Source: a candidate division WWE3 bacterium CSP1-7
GTDB lineage: Bacteria > Patescibacteriota > WWE3 > 9FT-COMBO-53-11
Assembly: GCA_001443395.1 (NCBI GenBank)
Contig: LDXK01000001.1
Span: 32,001-96,000 of the forward strand
Length of the DNA: 64,000 nt
Direction: 5' to 3'
Positions 1-10,256 of the stretch are shown one piece after another. The notes below the pieces were generated by a model. That model worked only from the letters and a program-made list of their open reading frames with translations. It made no database searches and was not told the origin of the DNA. The translations under genes were made by a program, and so were the position numbers. The number at the start of each line of letters is the position of its first letter. Within the stretch, counting starts at the first letter, position 1.

Positions 1-697
1 TCCCCCCCGATATCACCGCCGCCAGGAAACCGTAGATCGCCCCCTGGATAATGAACGGCAGGCGAACATAGTTTTTGGTGGCGCCGAGGAGCGCCATAAT
101 CTCGATCTCCTCTTCCATCGAGTGGATGATCAACCCCACCGTCGTCAGGACCACGACCACCGAGATTCCCGCAAAAAGCACAACCAACGCGAGCAGGGCC
201 ATCCGGGTAACGTTCACCAAATTCTTAAAACGTTCCACCACATCCTGATAGAAGGCCACCTCCTCCACCAGATCATTTCCTTTGAAAAATTCGGCGATGC
301 CGGGAAGATCTTCCAAACTATCAGTGCGGACATCTAAACTAGCCGGCAGGACATTGGTCGGAATTCCTTCCAGGAGCTCGGGCTTGTCCTTAAACTGCTC
401 CGAATAAAGCGCAAAAGCTTCGTCCTTGGAGGTGTAGACCACCTCTTTTACCCCCGACCGTTGGAGAAGTTCATTCCGAATCGAAAAAATCTGGTCCTCG
501 GTGGCGTCGTCTTTGAAAAAGGCTGTCACCAGCGCCCGGGACTCGTAGTAATCCAGAATCTTTCCCGCCCCGAAAGCAAAAAGAGCTAAGGCGGAAGTCG
601 CCCCAAAAGTGAGCGTAATCACCAAGACCGTGGTTAACGAAAGACCACCGTGGCGGGTAATTCCTAAAATGGCGTTGCGCAATATTCTACGAAGCAT
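1..697 (-). CDS. ftsX: Cell division permease FtsX (3' end outside window)
   Basis: Hand translation from ATG 697: MLRRILRNAILGITRHGGLSLTTVLVITLTF...EIEIMALLGAT...PFIIQG; directly follows ftsE. Confidence 0.9.
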   Translation of the reverse strand, partial: MLRRILRNAILGITRHGGLSLTTVLVITLTFGATSALALFAFGAGKILDYYESRALVTAFFKDDATEDQIFSIRNELLQRSGVKEVVYTSKDEAFALYSEQFKDKPELLEGIPTNVLPASLDVRTDSLEDLPGIAEFFKGNDLVEEVAFYQDVVERFKNLVNVTRMALLALVVLFAGISVVVVLTTVGLIIHSMEEEIEIMALLGATKNYVRLPFIIQGAIYGFLAAVISGG

Positions 698-1367
698 ATT
701 TTCCTTTCTTTTGATCCTTGACGACTTTCCCCTTATCCAAACCGATCACGCGCCGGCCAAGCCGGTTCACGATGTCGGCGGCGTGGGTCGCCACCAGAAC
801 GGTCGTGCCCATCTCGTTGATCTTCTCCAACAGCTTGATCGCCGACCAAGCGCTGTCGGGATCGATGTTGCCGGTGGGCTCGTCCGCAATCAGGATCTTG
901 GGTTCGGGAGCGAGGGCCCGCGCAAACGCCAGCCGCTGCCGCTCTCCTCCGGAAAGCTGGTAGGGAAAGTGGTGCATTCGATCCCCCAATCCCACCAGAG
1001 ACAGGACGTGCGGCACTACCTCTTTGATCTCCGAATCGGGCCGGCCCAGGACTTCCAGCGCCAACGCGACGTTTTCAAACGCGGTTTTCTCCGGAAGAAG
1101 TTTGTAATCCTGATGGACCACTCCCAACTCTCGCCGGTGTTGGAGAAGTTCCTGGCCGAACAGATTCGCCACGCTCCGGCCGCTCACCTCTAGTTCTCCC
1201 TCGGTCGGAATTTCCTCCCGAGTTAGAAGCCGAACCAGGGTGGTCTTCCCCGCCCCGGAAGGGCCGACAATGAAAAGAAATTCTCCGGGAGAAACTTCGA
1301 AAGAAACTTTCTCAAGCGCCGCCGTCCCATCGGGGTAGTGTTTGCTGACTTCTTGAAAATTTATCAT
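687..1367 (-). CDS. ftsE: Cell division ATP-binding protein FtsE
   Basis: GPSGAGKT Walker A, LSGGERQR signature, ADEPTGNID; adjacent to ftsX. Confidence 0.93.
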   Translation of the reverse strand: MINFQEVSKHYPDGTAALEKVSFEVSPGEFLFIVGPSGAGKTTLVRLLTREEIPTEGELEVSGRSVANLFGQELLQHRRELGVVHQDYKLLPEKTAFENVALALEVLGRPDSEIKEVVPHVLSLVGLGDRMHHFPYQLSGGERQRLAFARALAPEPKILIADEPTGNIDPDSAWSAIKLLEKINEMGTTVLVATHAADIVNRLGRRVIGLDKGKVVKDQKKGKYAS

Positions 1368-1813
1368 TTAAGTCGAACAAGATTGACAAACAAAATCTGC
1401 TCTTTTCCATCCGAACTGGAAACGACCACCCCTTCCACCGTGACCGAAGAATCTTTAAAGAAACCGACGTCGGTGCTCGTGCTCTTTAACAGGATCCGCT
1501 TGCCCTCTTCCAGTTCCAAGTAATAATCGGCGCCCTCCTTCGGCTCGCTCAATACTCTCACAACTCCCGTGTAGGAAGACAACTGATTGTCGCCATTGGT
1601 GGTCCCGGAATCCAGAAGAGGAGTGGCGGTGGGGGTGTAGGGGCTCAGAACGATTCCAAAAACTACTCCGAGGAGAGCGAAACCCAACGCCAGCGCCAAC
1701 ACCAAGAGGATAATCCGGCGGCGCGGCATGGCGGAAAGACGGCTCTCCGCGGTGGTGAAGGCGGTCTTGAAACGGGAGATAAATGGCGAAATTTTGGGCG
1801 GGACGTCGGCCAT
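1364..1813 (-). CDS. Hypothetical single-TM membrane protein
   Basis: MADVPPK start 7 nt after TATTAT; hydrophobic IILLVLALALGFALLGVVFGIVL segment; stop overlaps ftsE start. Confidence 0.65.
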   Translation of the reverse strand: MADVPPKISPFISRFKTAFTTAESRLSAMPRRRIILLVLALALGFALLGVVFGIVLSPYTPTATPLLDSGTTNGDNQLSSYTGVVRVLSEPKEGADYYLELEEGKRILLKSTSTDVGFFKDSSVTVEGVVVSSSDGKEQILFVNLVRLK

Positions 1814-1832
1814 CAAAAAAATAATAACACCT

Positions 1833-2843
1833 TTAAATAATCTCCTGCTTAAGTTCGGCCTCGATGAAAGAATCGAGTTCTCCGTCCAAAACAGAATCCG
1901 GATCCTTGGATTCAAAACCGGTGCGGAGATCCTTTACCTGCTTGTAGGGATGGAGAACATAGGAACGGATCTGGTTTCCCCAGCCGGGAGTGAGATACTC
2001 GCCGCGAAGCTGGGCTTCTTTCTGGCGGCGCTCTTCCTCCACCCGCGCAAACAGTTTTGCCTTGAGCAGTTTGAGCGCGATTTCCTTGTTTTTGGCCTGG
2101 TGCCGCTCGACCTGGCAGGTGACCACGATACCAGTTGGCTTGTGGCGAATCCGGACCGCAGTCTCCACCTTCTGGACATTCTGACCTCCCTTTCCGGAAG
2201 AGCGGAAAGTTCCTACTTCCAGGTCGTCATCCCGGATCTCGATCTCCGGGATCTCTTCCAAGAGCGGAATGACCTCCACCAGGGCGAAGGAGGTCTGGCG
2301 CAGATTCTGGGCGTTGAAAGGCGATTGGCGCACCAGCCGGTGGACGCCCGCCTCTCCTTTTAGGTAACCGAAGGCGAGGTTCCCCTTGATCTCAAAAGTC
2401 ACCGACTTGAATCCGGCTTCCTCCCCCGGGCTCTGCTCCAAAACAACCGTCTTCCAGCCCCGCCGCTCGGCGAGCCGCTGGTACATTCTCGCCAGCATCG
2501 CCACCCAATCCTGGGCTTCCGTTCCTCCCTGCCCCGAGTGGAGAGCGAGAATCGCATCGCTCTTGTCGTAGGGCGCGGACAGATAGGTTCTTAGCTCCAG
2601 CTTTCCCAGGAGTTCTTCCGCCATCTGGGACTCACCCACCTCGATCGCTAATTCCGTTTCTTCCACCTCGGCAATCTCCCGCTTTAGGTCGGCAATCTCC
2701 CGCATTACCTCTTGGGCCTTGAGATTGTCTTTCCAGAGGCCGGGGTGGGTAGACTGGGCTTCCAGGTCCCGCAGAACTCTCCTCTTCTCCTCAAAATCAA
2801 TTGTTTCTTTGATCTGTACTAAGCGTTTTTTAAGGTCATTCAT
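1833..2843 (-). CDS. prfB: Peptide chain release factor 2 (no programmed frameshift)
   Basis: SPF anticodon-mimic motif, GGQ motif, WGNQIRSYV. Confidence 0.96.
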   Translation of the reverse strand: MNDLKKRLVQIKETIDFEEKRRVLRDLEAQSTHPGLWKDNLKAQEVMREIADLKREIAEVEETELAIEVGESQMAEELLGKLELRTYLSAPYDKSDAILALHSGQGGTEAQDWVAMLARMYQRLAERRGWKTVVLEQSPGEEAGFKSVTFEIKGNLAFGYLKGEAGVHRLVRQSPFNAQNLRQTSFALVEVIPLLEEIPEIEIRDDDLEVGTFRSSGKGGQNVQKVETAVRIRHKPTGIVVTCQVERHQAKNKEIALKLLKAKLFARVEEERRQKEAQLRGEYLTPGWGNQIRSYVLHPYKQVKDLRTGFESKDPDSVLDGELDSFIEAELKQEII

Positions 2844-2884
2844 TTTTATTTCTCTAAAAATGCTAGGTCGTTTCTTCGGCCGTC
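2841..2884 (+). mobile_element. Type A mini-cassette at clp-prfB junction
   Basis: CATTTTTA..TAAAAATG-CTA-GGTCG tttctt CGGCC-GTC|CATTTTTATTT; 11-bp duplication 2841-2851 and 2885-2895. Confidence 0.8.
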
Positions 2885-2889
2885 CATTT

Positions 2890-5463
2890 TTATTTGCTCA
2901 AGAAATCGAGATCGAGGGTGACGGTCTGCCCTTCTTTGATTTCACCGGTCAGAAGTTTGGTCGCCAACCGGGACTCCACCATATCCTGCATCACCCGGGT
3001 CAGGGGCCGGGCTCCCCACTCCGGAGCATAACCCATTTCGGCAATTTTAGCCGTAAACTCGGGGGTCGCCACAAGCTTGATGCTCTTGGCGGCCAAGTCT
3101 TTCTCCAATCCCTTGATCTTCAACTTGACAATCTTGCCCAGGTTCTCCTGGGAGAGCGGTTTGAAAATCATCACCCCATCGAACCGGTTCAAGAGTTCCG
3201 GCGGGAAAATACTTCGGATGTGCTCGAGGAATTCCTTCTTAAAATCCTCCACTCCCCGCCCCGCCATTAATTGGTCCTGGATGTATTTGGTGCCGGCGTT
3301 GGAGGTGGCGATGATGATGGTGTTGGTGAAGTCCACCGTTACGCCCCGGCCGTCGGTCAACCGCCCATCGTCGAAGACCTGCAGGAAGAGGTTGAGGATC
3401 TGGGGATGGGCCTTCTCAAACTCGTCCAACAGAACCAGAGAAAACGGTCGCTGGCGGATCGCTTCGGTGAGCTGGCCGGGTTCGACGCTCCCGGTTCCCG
3501 GGGGCGAACCGATCAGGCGGTAGATGTTCTTTAGGTCGGCAAACTCCGACATGTCCACCCGCGCCATCGCCTCTTTGTCCCCGAAATAGTGCTTGGCGAG
3601 GACCTTGGAGAGCTCGGTTTTTCCCACCCCGGTCGGTCCCACAAACAGGAAAGTGGAAATCGGTTTGTCTTCTTCGCGAATGCCGGCCCGCGACCGCCGC
3701 AGCGCATCGGCCACTCCCTTCACCGCTTCTTCCTGATTGATCAGTTCGGTGTGAATCCTCTCCTCCAGATTGAGAAGTTCCTTCGCCTCTTTTTGGGTGA
3801 TTTTGGTGACCGGAACTTTGGTTTTCTCGGAGACTAGAACGGCAATTTCCTCCTCTCCTACCACTCCTCCTCCGGTGTTCTTCTTCGCCAGGACCGCTTC
3901 CTCCAGAAGATCGATCGCCTTATCGGGCAGAACCCGCTCGTAGATCAACCGATCGGACATCTCCACCGCCGCGCGGATCGCCGGAAAAACAATCCGCACC
4001 GGCTTATGTTCTATCCGACTTGTCTTCTCCATCGCCTGCAACTGATACTCCAAAATCTCCAGGCTGTCTTCCCGCGTAGCCGCCGGCACCTCCACCAGCT
4101 CGAAAACCGCCGAAAAAGCATCGTTCGGTGAGATATATTTTCGGTAGTTCTCCCAAGAAGTAGCGCCGATCAGTTGGAGTTTACCGGTTTCAAGATGGGG
4201 ACGGAGAGAGTTGAAGATAAAGGAGGTCTGCGCCTCCGCTCCCGAAAGGATCAGATTGTGAATCTCGTCAATGAAGAGAACAATGCCACGGGAGATCTCG
4301 ACCTCATTCAGAATTTTTTGGATCCGTTCTCCCAACTCCCCTTCCGTCGGCGTCCCGGCCACCAGTGATCCGACGTCCAACTGAATAATCCGCCGGCCCT
4401 GGAGGGACACAAAGCGGGAACCCCGAACAACTTCCTGGGCAATTCCTTCCACCAGAGAACTTTTTCCCGAACCGGGCGGCCCAACCAAGAGGGCGTTGGC
4501 CTTTCGTTCCCGCGCCAAGATTCGGGCCGTTTCCTCGAGCGGCTTCTGCTTACCGATCATCAGTTTCAGCCGGCCGGCGGCGGCCTCCTTGGTCAAATCG
4601 ATGGAAAAAGTATCCAGGGTCGGGGTAACTCTTCCCGTCCAACCGCGATTGACGCCGCCAATCGGCCCCACCTCGTAATCGTCTTCCCAAATGAAGGGAA
4701 ACCGGACCCAATCTCTCCGTCTCTTCTCCCAGAGCAGAGATTGCTTAGCATCTTCCGATTTTTCCCCCGCGAGGCTGAGGGCCGCCGCCAGAAAATGAGA
4801 TGGGGAGATCGAGCTGAACTTGAGCGAGAAAGCCAGATCGTAGGCCCCCTTATAGATGTCTTTCAGAGGAGTGTCTTTGAGCCTCAGGGGGTCGAACTCC
4901 CCCACCCCGGTCCGGAAGAGAAATTCCCGGCCGGACTTTCCCCGAGCGAGTTTCCGGAATAACCGCGGCGGGTCTTTCACCGAAAGGATTGCCCAGCGAG
5001 CCGATTTGTGGACAAAATCCAGAAAATAAAACTTATCCTCCCAGGGACCGGTGATCTCGAGATGGGAACGTCCCATCCGCTTATAAAAAGCCAGAACCCC
5101 GGCGACCGCAAAAACCATCAGGGCGATGGAGGGGTAGTTAAAGAAGAGCCAAAACGGGAAGAGGAACCACAGCAAGAAAAAACCCAGGATGCCGACCGCC
5201 CCCAGGACGACGGCGATCGCCCCGATCAGCAACCGGACGAGACGAAAAGGAAAACCGAGAATTCTCCCGAAAAAGGTGTAGTCGCCGAACAGAGGGATAA
5301 AGAGAAGACGCGCCATCAAAGTCGTGGCCGTGATCTGGTCCAGATAAACAATTACCCGCCAAACGGTCCGGGTAAAATAGCGCACCCCTTCGACAAACCA
5401 AAAATAAGGCAGGTAGAGAAGCGCCTGGACCAGGTAAGAAGTTTCCGAAACTGCCCGATTCAT
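2890..5463 (-). CDS. ClpA/ClpB-family double AAA+ ATPase with N-terminal TM region
   Basis: [13 protein letters not shown] and [26 protein letters not shown]; hydrophobic N-terminal ~130 aa. Confidence 0.9.
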   Translation of the reverse strand: MNRAVSETSYLVQALLYLPYFWFVEGVRYFTRTVWRVIVYLDQITATTLMARLLFIPLFGDYTFFGRILGFPFRLVRLLIGAIAVVLGAVGILGFFLLWFLFPFWLFFNYPSIALMVFAVAGVLAFYKRMGRSHLEITGPWEDKFYFLDFVHKSARWAILSVKDPPRLFRKLARGKSGREFLFRTGVGEFDPLRLKDTPLKDIYKGAYDLAFSLKFSSISPSHFLAAALSLAGEKSEDAKQSLLWEKRRRDWVRFPFIWEDDYEVGPIGGVNRGWTGRVTPTLDTFSIDLTKEAAAGRLKLMIGKQKPLEETARILARERKANALLVGPPGSGKSSLVEGIAQEVVRGSRFVSLQGRRIIQLDVGSLVAGTPTEGELGERIQKILNEVEISRGIVLFIDEIHNLILSGAEAQTSFIFNSLRPHLETGKLQLIGATSWENYRKYISPNDAFSAVFELVEVPAATREDSLEILEYQLQAMEKTSRIEHKPVRIVFPAIRAAVEMSDRLIYERVLPDKAIDLLEEAVLAKKNTGGGVVGEEEIAVLVSEKTKVPVTKITQKEAKELLNLEERIHTELINQEEAVKGVADALRRSRAGIREEDKPISTFLFVGPTGVGKTELSKVLAKHYFGDKEAMARVDMSEFADLKNIYRLIGSPPGTGSVEPGQLTEAIRQRPFSLVLLDEFEKAHPQILNLFLQVFDDGRLTDGRGVTVDFTNTIIIATSNAGTKYIQDQLMAGRGVEDFKKEFLEHIRSIFPPELLNRFDGVMIFKPLSQENLGKIVKLKIKGLEKDLAAKSIKLVATPEFTAKIAEMGYAPEWGARPLTRVMQDMVESRLATKLLTGEIKEGQTVTLDLDFLSK

Positions 5464-5482
5464 TGTTTTAATAATACAGGAC

Positions 5483-5848
5483 TTAACGCGCCAGCCAGAA
5501 AGAAACCAGGAAGAGCAGAATCAGGTGAAAGGACTGGTCGACGCCGAGGAGAAGCCAGACCGGCACGTCCTTCTCCGCCACCTTTTTGATCCGGCGGAGC
5601 CACCAGAACTCGAAGCGGCGGTTATCCAGGAGAGCGTGGGTCACCGCCAGGAACAAGGTCGCCCAAAATGCCTTCATAAAATCAACTCCAGCCAGGTAGA
5701 GCGCTCCAAAAGTAAAGATATGGTAACTAGCGACGTGCACCAAAAGAGGCGCAAAGTGCTTGGACTTCTCGTTCGCCATCCAATAGGTTTGGATAATCCA
5801 ATCGCCGATCAGATGGGCGATCAAAAGATAAATAAATATCTGGGCCAT
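5483..5848 (-). CDS. DUF3307-family membrane protein
   Basis: AHLIGDWIIQT...H...THALLD...DQSFH His/Asp pattern. Confidence 0.8.
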   Translation of the reverse strand: MAQIFIYLLIAHLIGDWIIQTYWMANEKSKHFAPLLVHVASYHIFTFGALYLAGVDFMKAFWATLFLAVTHALLDNRRFEFWWLRRIKKVAEKDVPVWLLLGVDQSFHLILLFLVSFWLAR

Positions 5849-5876
5849 TAATTCATATTATCTCAACACCTGGTAA

Positions 5877-5934
5877 GACGGCTCGGTTAAAGCCGAACCT
5901 AGTTATCCAGCACTCTCAAGAAAGTGCTGGATAA
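5877..5934 (-). mobile_element. Type A mini-cassette at secA 3' end
   Basis: TTATCCAGCACT..AGTGCTGGATAA-CTA-GGTTCGGC ttta ACCGAGCC-GTC|TTACCAG. Confidence 0.8.
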
Positions 5935-8411
5935 TGACACTTTTTCCATTTCTTTCCGGAACCACACCAGCAGGGATCGTTGCGGCCGAGCTTTGCAGCT
6001 TTGGGATTATCGCTTGGGGCCGGTGGCAGGACGCTCGCATCCGTCTCCTGTCCCAGATTCGCGGTGGGATGATGCAGTGCCACCGGCCGCGGCTGCGGCA
6101 GCGAAACCCGCTCCTTCCTCTTGATCTCGATCCGTTCCAACCGCTGGGCAAACGTCGACCAAATTTCGTTGATGAGGCGGTCAAAGAGCAGACGGGCTTC
6201 GTTCTTGTATTCCACCAGCGGGTCGCGGCCGCCGTATCCCCGCAGACCAATTCCCCGCCGCAGCTCATCCAACGTGTCGATGTGCTCGACCCAGAGAATG
6301 TCGAAAGATTGGAGAGCCAGCTGCTGGACAATTTTCAACCAATCCGCCGCGAATTCCTTGTGGTATTTTTCCCAAATCTCTTCGATTTTAGTGGAGTAGA
6401 GGGAAAGCTTGGAGAGCAGGAAAGACGACATTTCCTCTCCCCCACCCAGGATTTTTCTTCTGATGGTATAGGCAATATCCCGGTGTTTGTTGACGACGTC
6501 GTCATACTCGACCAGGTGTTTCCGCAGGTCGAAGTTGTAGCCCTCCACCCGTTTCTGGGCGCTCTCGATCGCGCCGGAGACGATCCGGCTCTCCAGGGGA
6601 ACATCCTCGGCGATACCGAATCGGTCCATCACTCTCTCCACCATCGCTCCGCCGAAAATCCGCATCAGATCATCCTGAAGCGCGACAAAAAAGCGGGATG
6701 ACCCGGGGTCCCCCTGCCGACCGGAACGGCCCCGCAGCTGGTTGTCGATGCGGCGGGATTCGTGCCGCTCGGTCCCGATCACGTGCAAACCGCCCAAATC
6801 GACGATTCCTTTCTCCAGCTTGATGTCCACCCCCCGCCCCGCCATGTTCGTCGCCACCGTCACCGCTCCCCGCTCACCCGCTTTGGCAATGATCTGCGCC
6901 TCCTTCTCATGCTGTTTGGCGTTCAGGAGTTCGTGGGGAATATTTTTGCGCTTGAGGAGTTTAGAGAGAAGCTCGTTCTTCTCGATGGATGTGGTTCCCA
7001 CCAGGACGGGCTGGCCCCGGCGGTGGCATTCGTCAATTTCGTTTGCGACCGCTTGAAACTTGCCGGTGACGGTCTTGTAGACCACGTCGGAATGGTCCTT
7101 CCTGATCATCGGTTCATGGGTCGGAATTACCACCACCTCCAGCTTGTAGATGCGGGAAAACTCTTCCGATTCGGTCGCCGCGGTCCCGGTCATGCCGGCC
7201 AGTTTTTGGTACATCCGAAAGTAGTTCTGAAAAGAGATCGTCGCCATCGTCTTACTCTCTTTTTGGATCGCCACTCCCTCTTTGGCCTCAATCGCCTGGT
7301 GCAGACCTTCGGAGTAGCGCCGGCCCATCATCAGCCGCCCGGTGAATTCGTCGACAATAATCACCTGGCCCTCTTTAACAATGTAGTCTCGATCCTTTTG
7401 GTAGAGAGTGGCGGCCTTGAGCGCCTGTTCGACGTGCCGGACGGTTTCAAAATCCTTCTCATAGAGGTTGGGTATGCCCAGCATTCTTTCCAGCTTCCGC
7501 AGACCAACTTCGGTCAGCGTCACGGAGCGGGATTTCTCGTCCATCGTGTAATCCGTCTTGGACACCAGATCGTTAACCAACTTCGCAAAATCGTAGTAGC
7601 GCTGGGTAGCTTCTTCCTGGGGAGCCGAGATGATCAAGGGAGTACGGGCCTCATCAATCAAAATCGAGTCCACCTCGTCCACAATCGCAAAGTGGTGCGC
7701 CCCCTCCTCCTCTCGGCCATTGACCTGCACGATCTGGGATGGGTCGTAGACCATGTTGTCGCGGAGATAATCGAAACCAAACTCGTTGTTGGTACCGTAG
7801 GTGATGTCGGCTTGATAGGCCTCGCGGCGGGAGACCTCCCGAAGATACTTTCCTTGCCCAAGCTGCATTTCCTCCGGTGTGCTGTCCTCTGCCACTAACT
7901 CCTGACTACTGGCTACTGGCTCAAAAAGATACGCCTTTTCGTGGTTCAAGCAACCCACCGACATCCCGAGCGCGTGAAAGATCGGCCCCATCCATTCGGC
8001 GTCCCGGCGCGCCAGGTAATCATTGACCGTAATCAGATGGACCCCCTGCCTCCCCAACGCATTGAGGTAGAGCGCCAGGGTCGCCGAGAGAGTTTTGCCC
8101 TCTCCGGTTTTTTGCTCAGCGATCTTTCCCTGGTGGAGAATTGCACCAGCGATCAACTGAACATCGTAGGGACGCATTCCAGTGGTTCGGGATGATGCTT
8201 CCCGTACCGCGGCGAAGGCCTCGGGAAGAAGCTGATCAAGAACCTCACCTTTTTCCAAACGCTCGCGAAATCCCACCGTTTTTTCTTTTAGTTTGGCGGG
8301 GGAAAGTTTTTTGAATTCAGGTTCCAGAGAATTTATTTTGACGACCGCCGGCCGGATGCTGCCGATCTCGCGCTCGTTGAAATCAAAGATTTTGGTGATG
8401 AAGGAAAACAT
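5916..8411 (-). CDS. secA: Preprotein translocase subunit SecA
   Basis: KTGEGKT, DEVD, TNMAGRG, QLRGRSGRQGDPG, C-terminal GRNDPCWCGSGKKWKKCH. Confidence 0.98.
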   Translation of the reverse strand: MFSFITKIFDFNEREIGSIRPAVVKINSLEPEFKKLSPAKLKEKTVGFRERLEKGEVLDQLLPEAFAAVREASSRTTGMRPYDVQLIAGAILHQGKIAEQKTGEGKTLSATLALYLNALGRQGVHLITVNDYLARRDAEWMGPIFHALGMSVGCLNHEKAYLFEPVASSQELVAEDSTPEEMQLGQGKYLREVSRREAYQADITYGTNNEFGFDYLRDNMVYDPSQIVQVNGREEEGAHHFAIVDEVDSILIDEARTPLIISAPQEEATQRYYDFAKLVNDLVSKTDYTMDEKSRSVTLTEVGLRKLERMLGIPNLYEKDFETVRHVEQALKAATLYQKDRDYIVKEGQVIIVDEFTGRLMMGRRYSEGLHQAIEAKEGVAIQKESKTMATISFQNYFRMYQKLAGMTGTAATESEEFSRIYKLEVVVIPTHEPMIRKDHSDVVYKTVTGKFQAVANEIDECHRRGQPVLVGTTSIEKNELLSKLLKRKNIPHELLNAKQHEKEAQIIAKAGERGAVTVATNMAGRGVDIKLEKGIVDLGGLHVIGTERHESRRIDNQLRGRSGRQGDPGSSRFFVALQDDLMRIFGGAMVERVMDRFGIAEDVPLESRIVSGAIESAQKRVEGYNFDLRKHLVEYDDVVNKHRDIAYTIRRKILGGGEEMSSFLLSKLSLYSTKIEEIWEKYHKEFAADWLKIVQQLALQSFDILWVEHIDTLDELRRGIGLRGYGGRDPLVEYKNEARLLFDRLINEIWSTFAQRLERIEIKRKERVSLPQPRPVALHHPTANLGQETDASVLPPAPSDNPKAAKLGRNDPCWCGSGKKWKKCHYPALS

Positions 8412-8461
8412 CTACCTAAAAGGATACCTCATCTTCTATTTCACGATGTATAATTAGCGCT

Positions 8462-8968
8462 GTGGACACGATCGCCAAGACCAAGGAAATTGAAACTTTT
8501 CACAGCCCGACCTACGGGATCCTCACGATCAATCAGATAATCGCTCGAATTTCCGAATTCGTCCGAGCATTTCCCGACCAAAAGTACCGCATCATTATCG
8601 GCACCGACTCCCAGAGCCATAATGGCACCGGAGTTGATTTCGTCACCGCCCTGGTCGTCCATCGGGTGGGAGGCGGCGGAATTTATTTCTGGAAAGGGTA
8701 CAAAAAAACTCGTCCCTACACCCTCAAGGAGCGGATTTATGAGGAAGCGCTCACATCCCTGGAATTCGCCAATGAATTTATTTTCCATCTCAAGGGAGCG
8801 GAAGAGCTTCTGCAGATCGGACTCGAGATCCACGTGGACATCGGAGAAAACGGCAAAACCAGGGAGATGATCGCCGAAGTTGTCGCAATGATCAAAGGAA
8901 ACGGATACGAAGTTAAGACCAAGCCGGATTCCTTTGGCGCCTCAAAAGTGGCCGACCGCCATACCTAA
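8462..8968 (+). CDS. RNase H-like YkuK (DUF458) family protein
   Basis: IIIGTDSQ, GGGIYFW, IYEEA, EIHVDIG, KPDSFGASKVAD. Confidence 0.85.
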   Translation: MDTIAKTKEIETFHSPTYGILTINQIIARISEFVRAFPDQKYRIIIGTDSQSHNGTGVDFVTALVVHRVGGGGIYFWKGYKKTRPYTLKERIYEEALTSLEFANEFIFHLKGAEELLQIGLEIHVDIGENGKTREMIAEVVAMIKGNGYEVKTKPDSFGASKVADRHT

Positions 8969-8999
8969 TCGATAGGTCACTTTCCCCGCCGCGATTTTC

Positions 9000-9017
9000 A
9001 TATATAGTATACTATAT
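9000..9017. promoter_or_regulatory. AT-rich palindrome ATATAGTATACTATAT between convergent genes
   Basis: Perfect 16-bp palindrome 9002-9017; 16-bp identity with 47146-47161. Confidence 0.45.
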
Positions 9018-9035
9018 TAAATTGTGAAATCTCTT

Positions 9036-9809
9036 TCAGACCAACAGAGAAAGTAGGAGGGTCGTTCCTAGCAGGATCCGGTAAACAGCGAAGGGGATGA
9101 GCGAGAAGCGGTTGAGAATACCGAACAAAACCCGGATCGCCAGCAGACCGACAACAAAAGATGTCGCAATCCCGACCGCAAAGCTGGACCAATCGTTTGC
9201 CAAAACTCCCTCTCGATAGACCGAAAAAACCTCCCAAAACCCGGCCGCAAAAACAATCGGCAGAGAGATAATAAAAGAGAAGCGCGCCGCCGCCTCCCGC
9301 TTTATTCCTCTTCCCATCCCGGCGAGGATGGTGATCCCGGAACGAGAGACTCCCGGAATCAGCGCCAGAGCCTGCGCCAGGGCAACCGCAAAAATATCCG
9401 GGACGGTGAGGTTTTCCCTTTTCACGTTCTCCCTCCGATACCACTTCTCCACCACCAGCATCAGGAGAGCAATCAAGACCAGCATCCCCGCTACCAGAAC
9501 CGCGCTCCGAAAATTTTGACTGATGAAATCCTCCCCAAAGAGCCCGATCAGACCGACCGGCACCGAAGCCAGGGCGATCATCGCAATCTTGCGCCACTGC
9601 CGTTCTACCAAAAGTGAAATCCAGTCGCGGGCGAAGAAGACCAGCAGCGCCGCCGCCGTTCCCAGGTGCAGGGCAGCGTCAAAGGAGAGGGGGTGGGGTG
9701 CCCAACCGAAAAGCTGGGGAATGAGGATCAGGTGGCCTGAGGATGAGATCGGCAGGATTTCCGTTAACCCCTGGACAATTCCCAAAACTACCGCTTGATA
9801 AATCGGCAT
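9036..9809 (-). CDS. uppP: Undecaprenyl-diphosphatase UppP/BacA
   Basis: QGLTEILPISSSGH and PGVSRSG motifs. Confidence 0.95.
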   Translation of the reverse strand: MPIYQAVVLGIVQGLTEILPISSSGHLILIPQLFGWAPHPLSFDAALHLGTAAALLVFFARDWISLLVERQWRKIAMIALASVPVGLIGLFGEDFISQNFRSAVLVAGMLVLIALLMLVVEKWYRRENVKRENLTVPDIFAVALAQALALIPGVSRSGITILAGMGRGIKREAAARFSFIISLPIVFAAGFWEVFSVYREGVLANDWSSFAVGIATSFVVGLLAIRVLFGILNRFSLIPFAVYRILLGTTLLLSLLV

Positions 9810-10255
9810 CACCAGACCGGGAAAATCTCGTGAAGGGCCTTAAAAAATCCGGCCACAACCACCCCGACCAAAAGACCTCCCAGGATATCCACCGGATAGT
9901 GCACCCCGACCATTACTCTCCCAAACCCCACCGCCACCGCCAGAAACAGGATAGCCGTCCCGGGTATTTTCTCGGTAAAGAAAACCGCCGAACCCAGGGC
10001 CGCCAGAAGGGTCGTGTGGCCGGAAGGGAAAGAACCGTAGAAATCGCGCTGGGCCACTTCAATCAGAGGTTGAAACCCTTCCGCCACAAACGGCCGGGGG
10101 ACGGAGAGAAAAGTTTTCAGAGCTTCCGAAAGCGCGAAGGCCACCACGACAGTAACCAGAATTCGAACCAGATCGTGCCTCTCCCGCCGCACCCAGAGGT
10201 ACGGGACGGCCAGAAACGCGAGATAGGGAAGATACACGGCTAAAAAAATTGCCAT
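9809..10255 (-). CDS. PAP2-family phosphatase (BcrC-like)
   Basis: K...PRP, SFPSGH, GRVMVGVHYPVD. Confidence 0.9.
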   Translation of the reverse strand: MAIFLAVYLPYLAFLAVPYLWVRRERHDLVRILVTVVVAFALSEALKTFLSVPRPFVAEGFQPLIEVAQRDFYGSFPSGHTTLLAALGSAVFFTEKIPGTAILFLAVAVGFGRVMVGVHYPVDILGGLLVGVVVAGFFKALHEIFPVW

Positions 10256-10256
10256 T

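Noticed and set aside
6762-7898. Long plus-strand ORFs antisense to secA, recJ/secF, rel, recA and ribosomal genes
   Set aside because: Shadow ORFs of well-identified minus-strand genes with no recognisable motifs.
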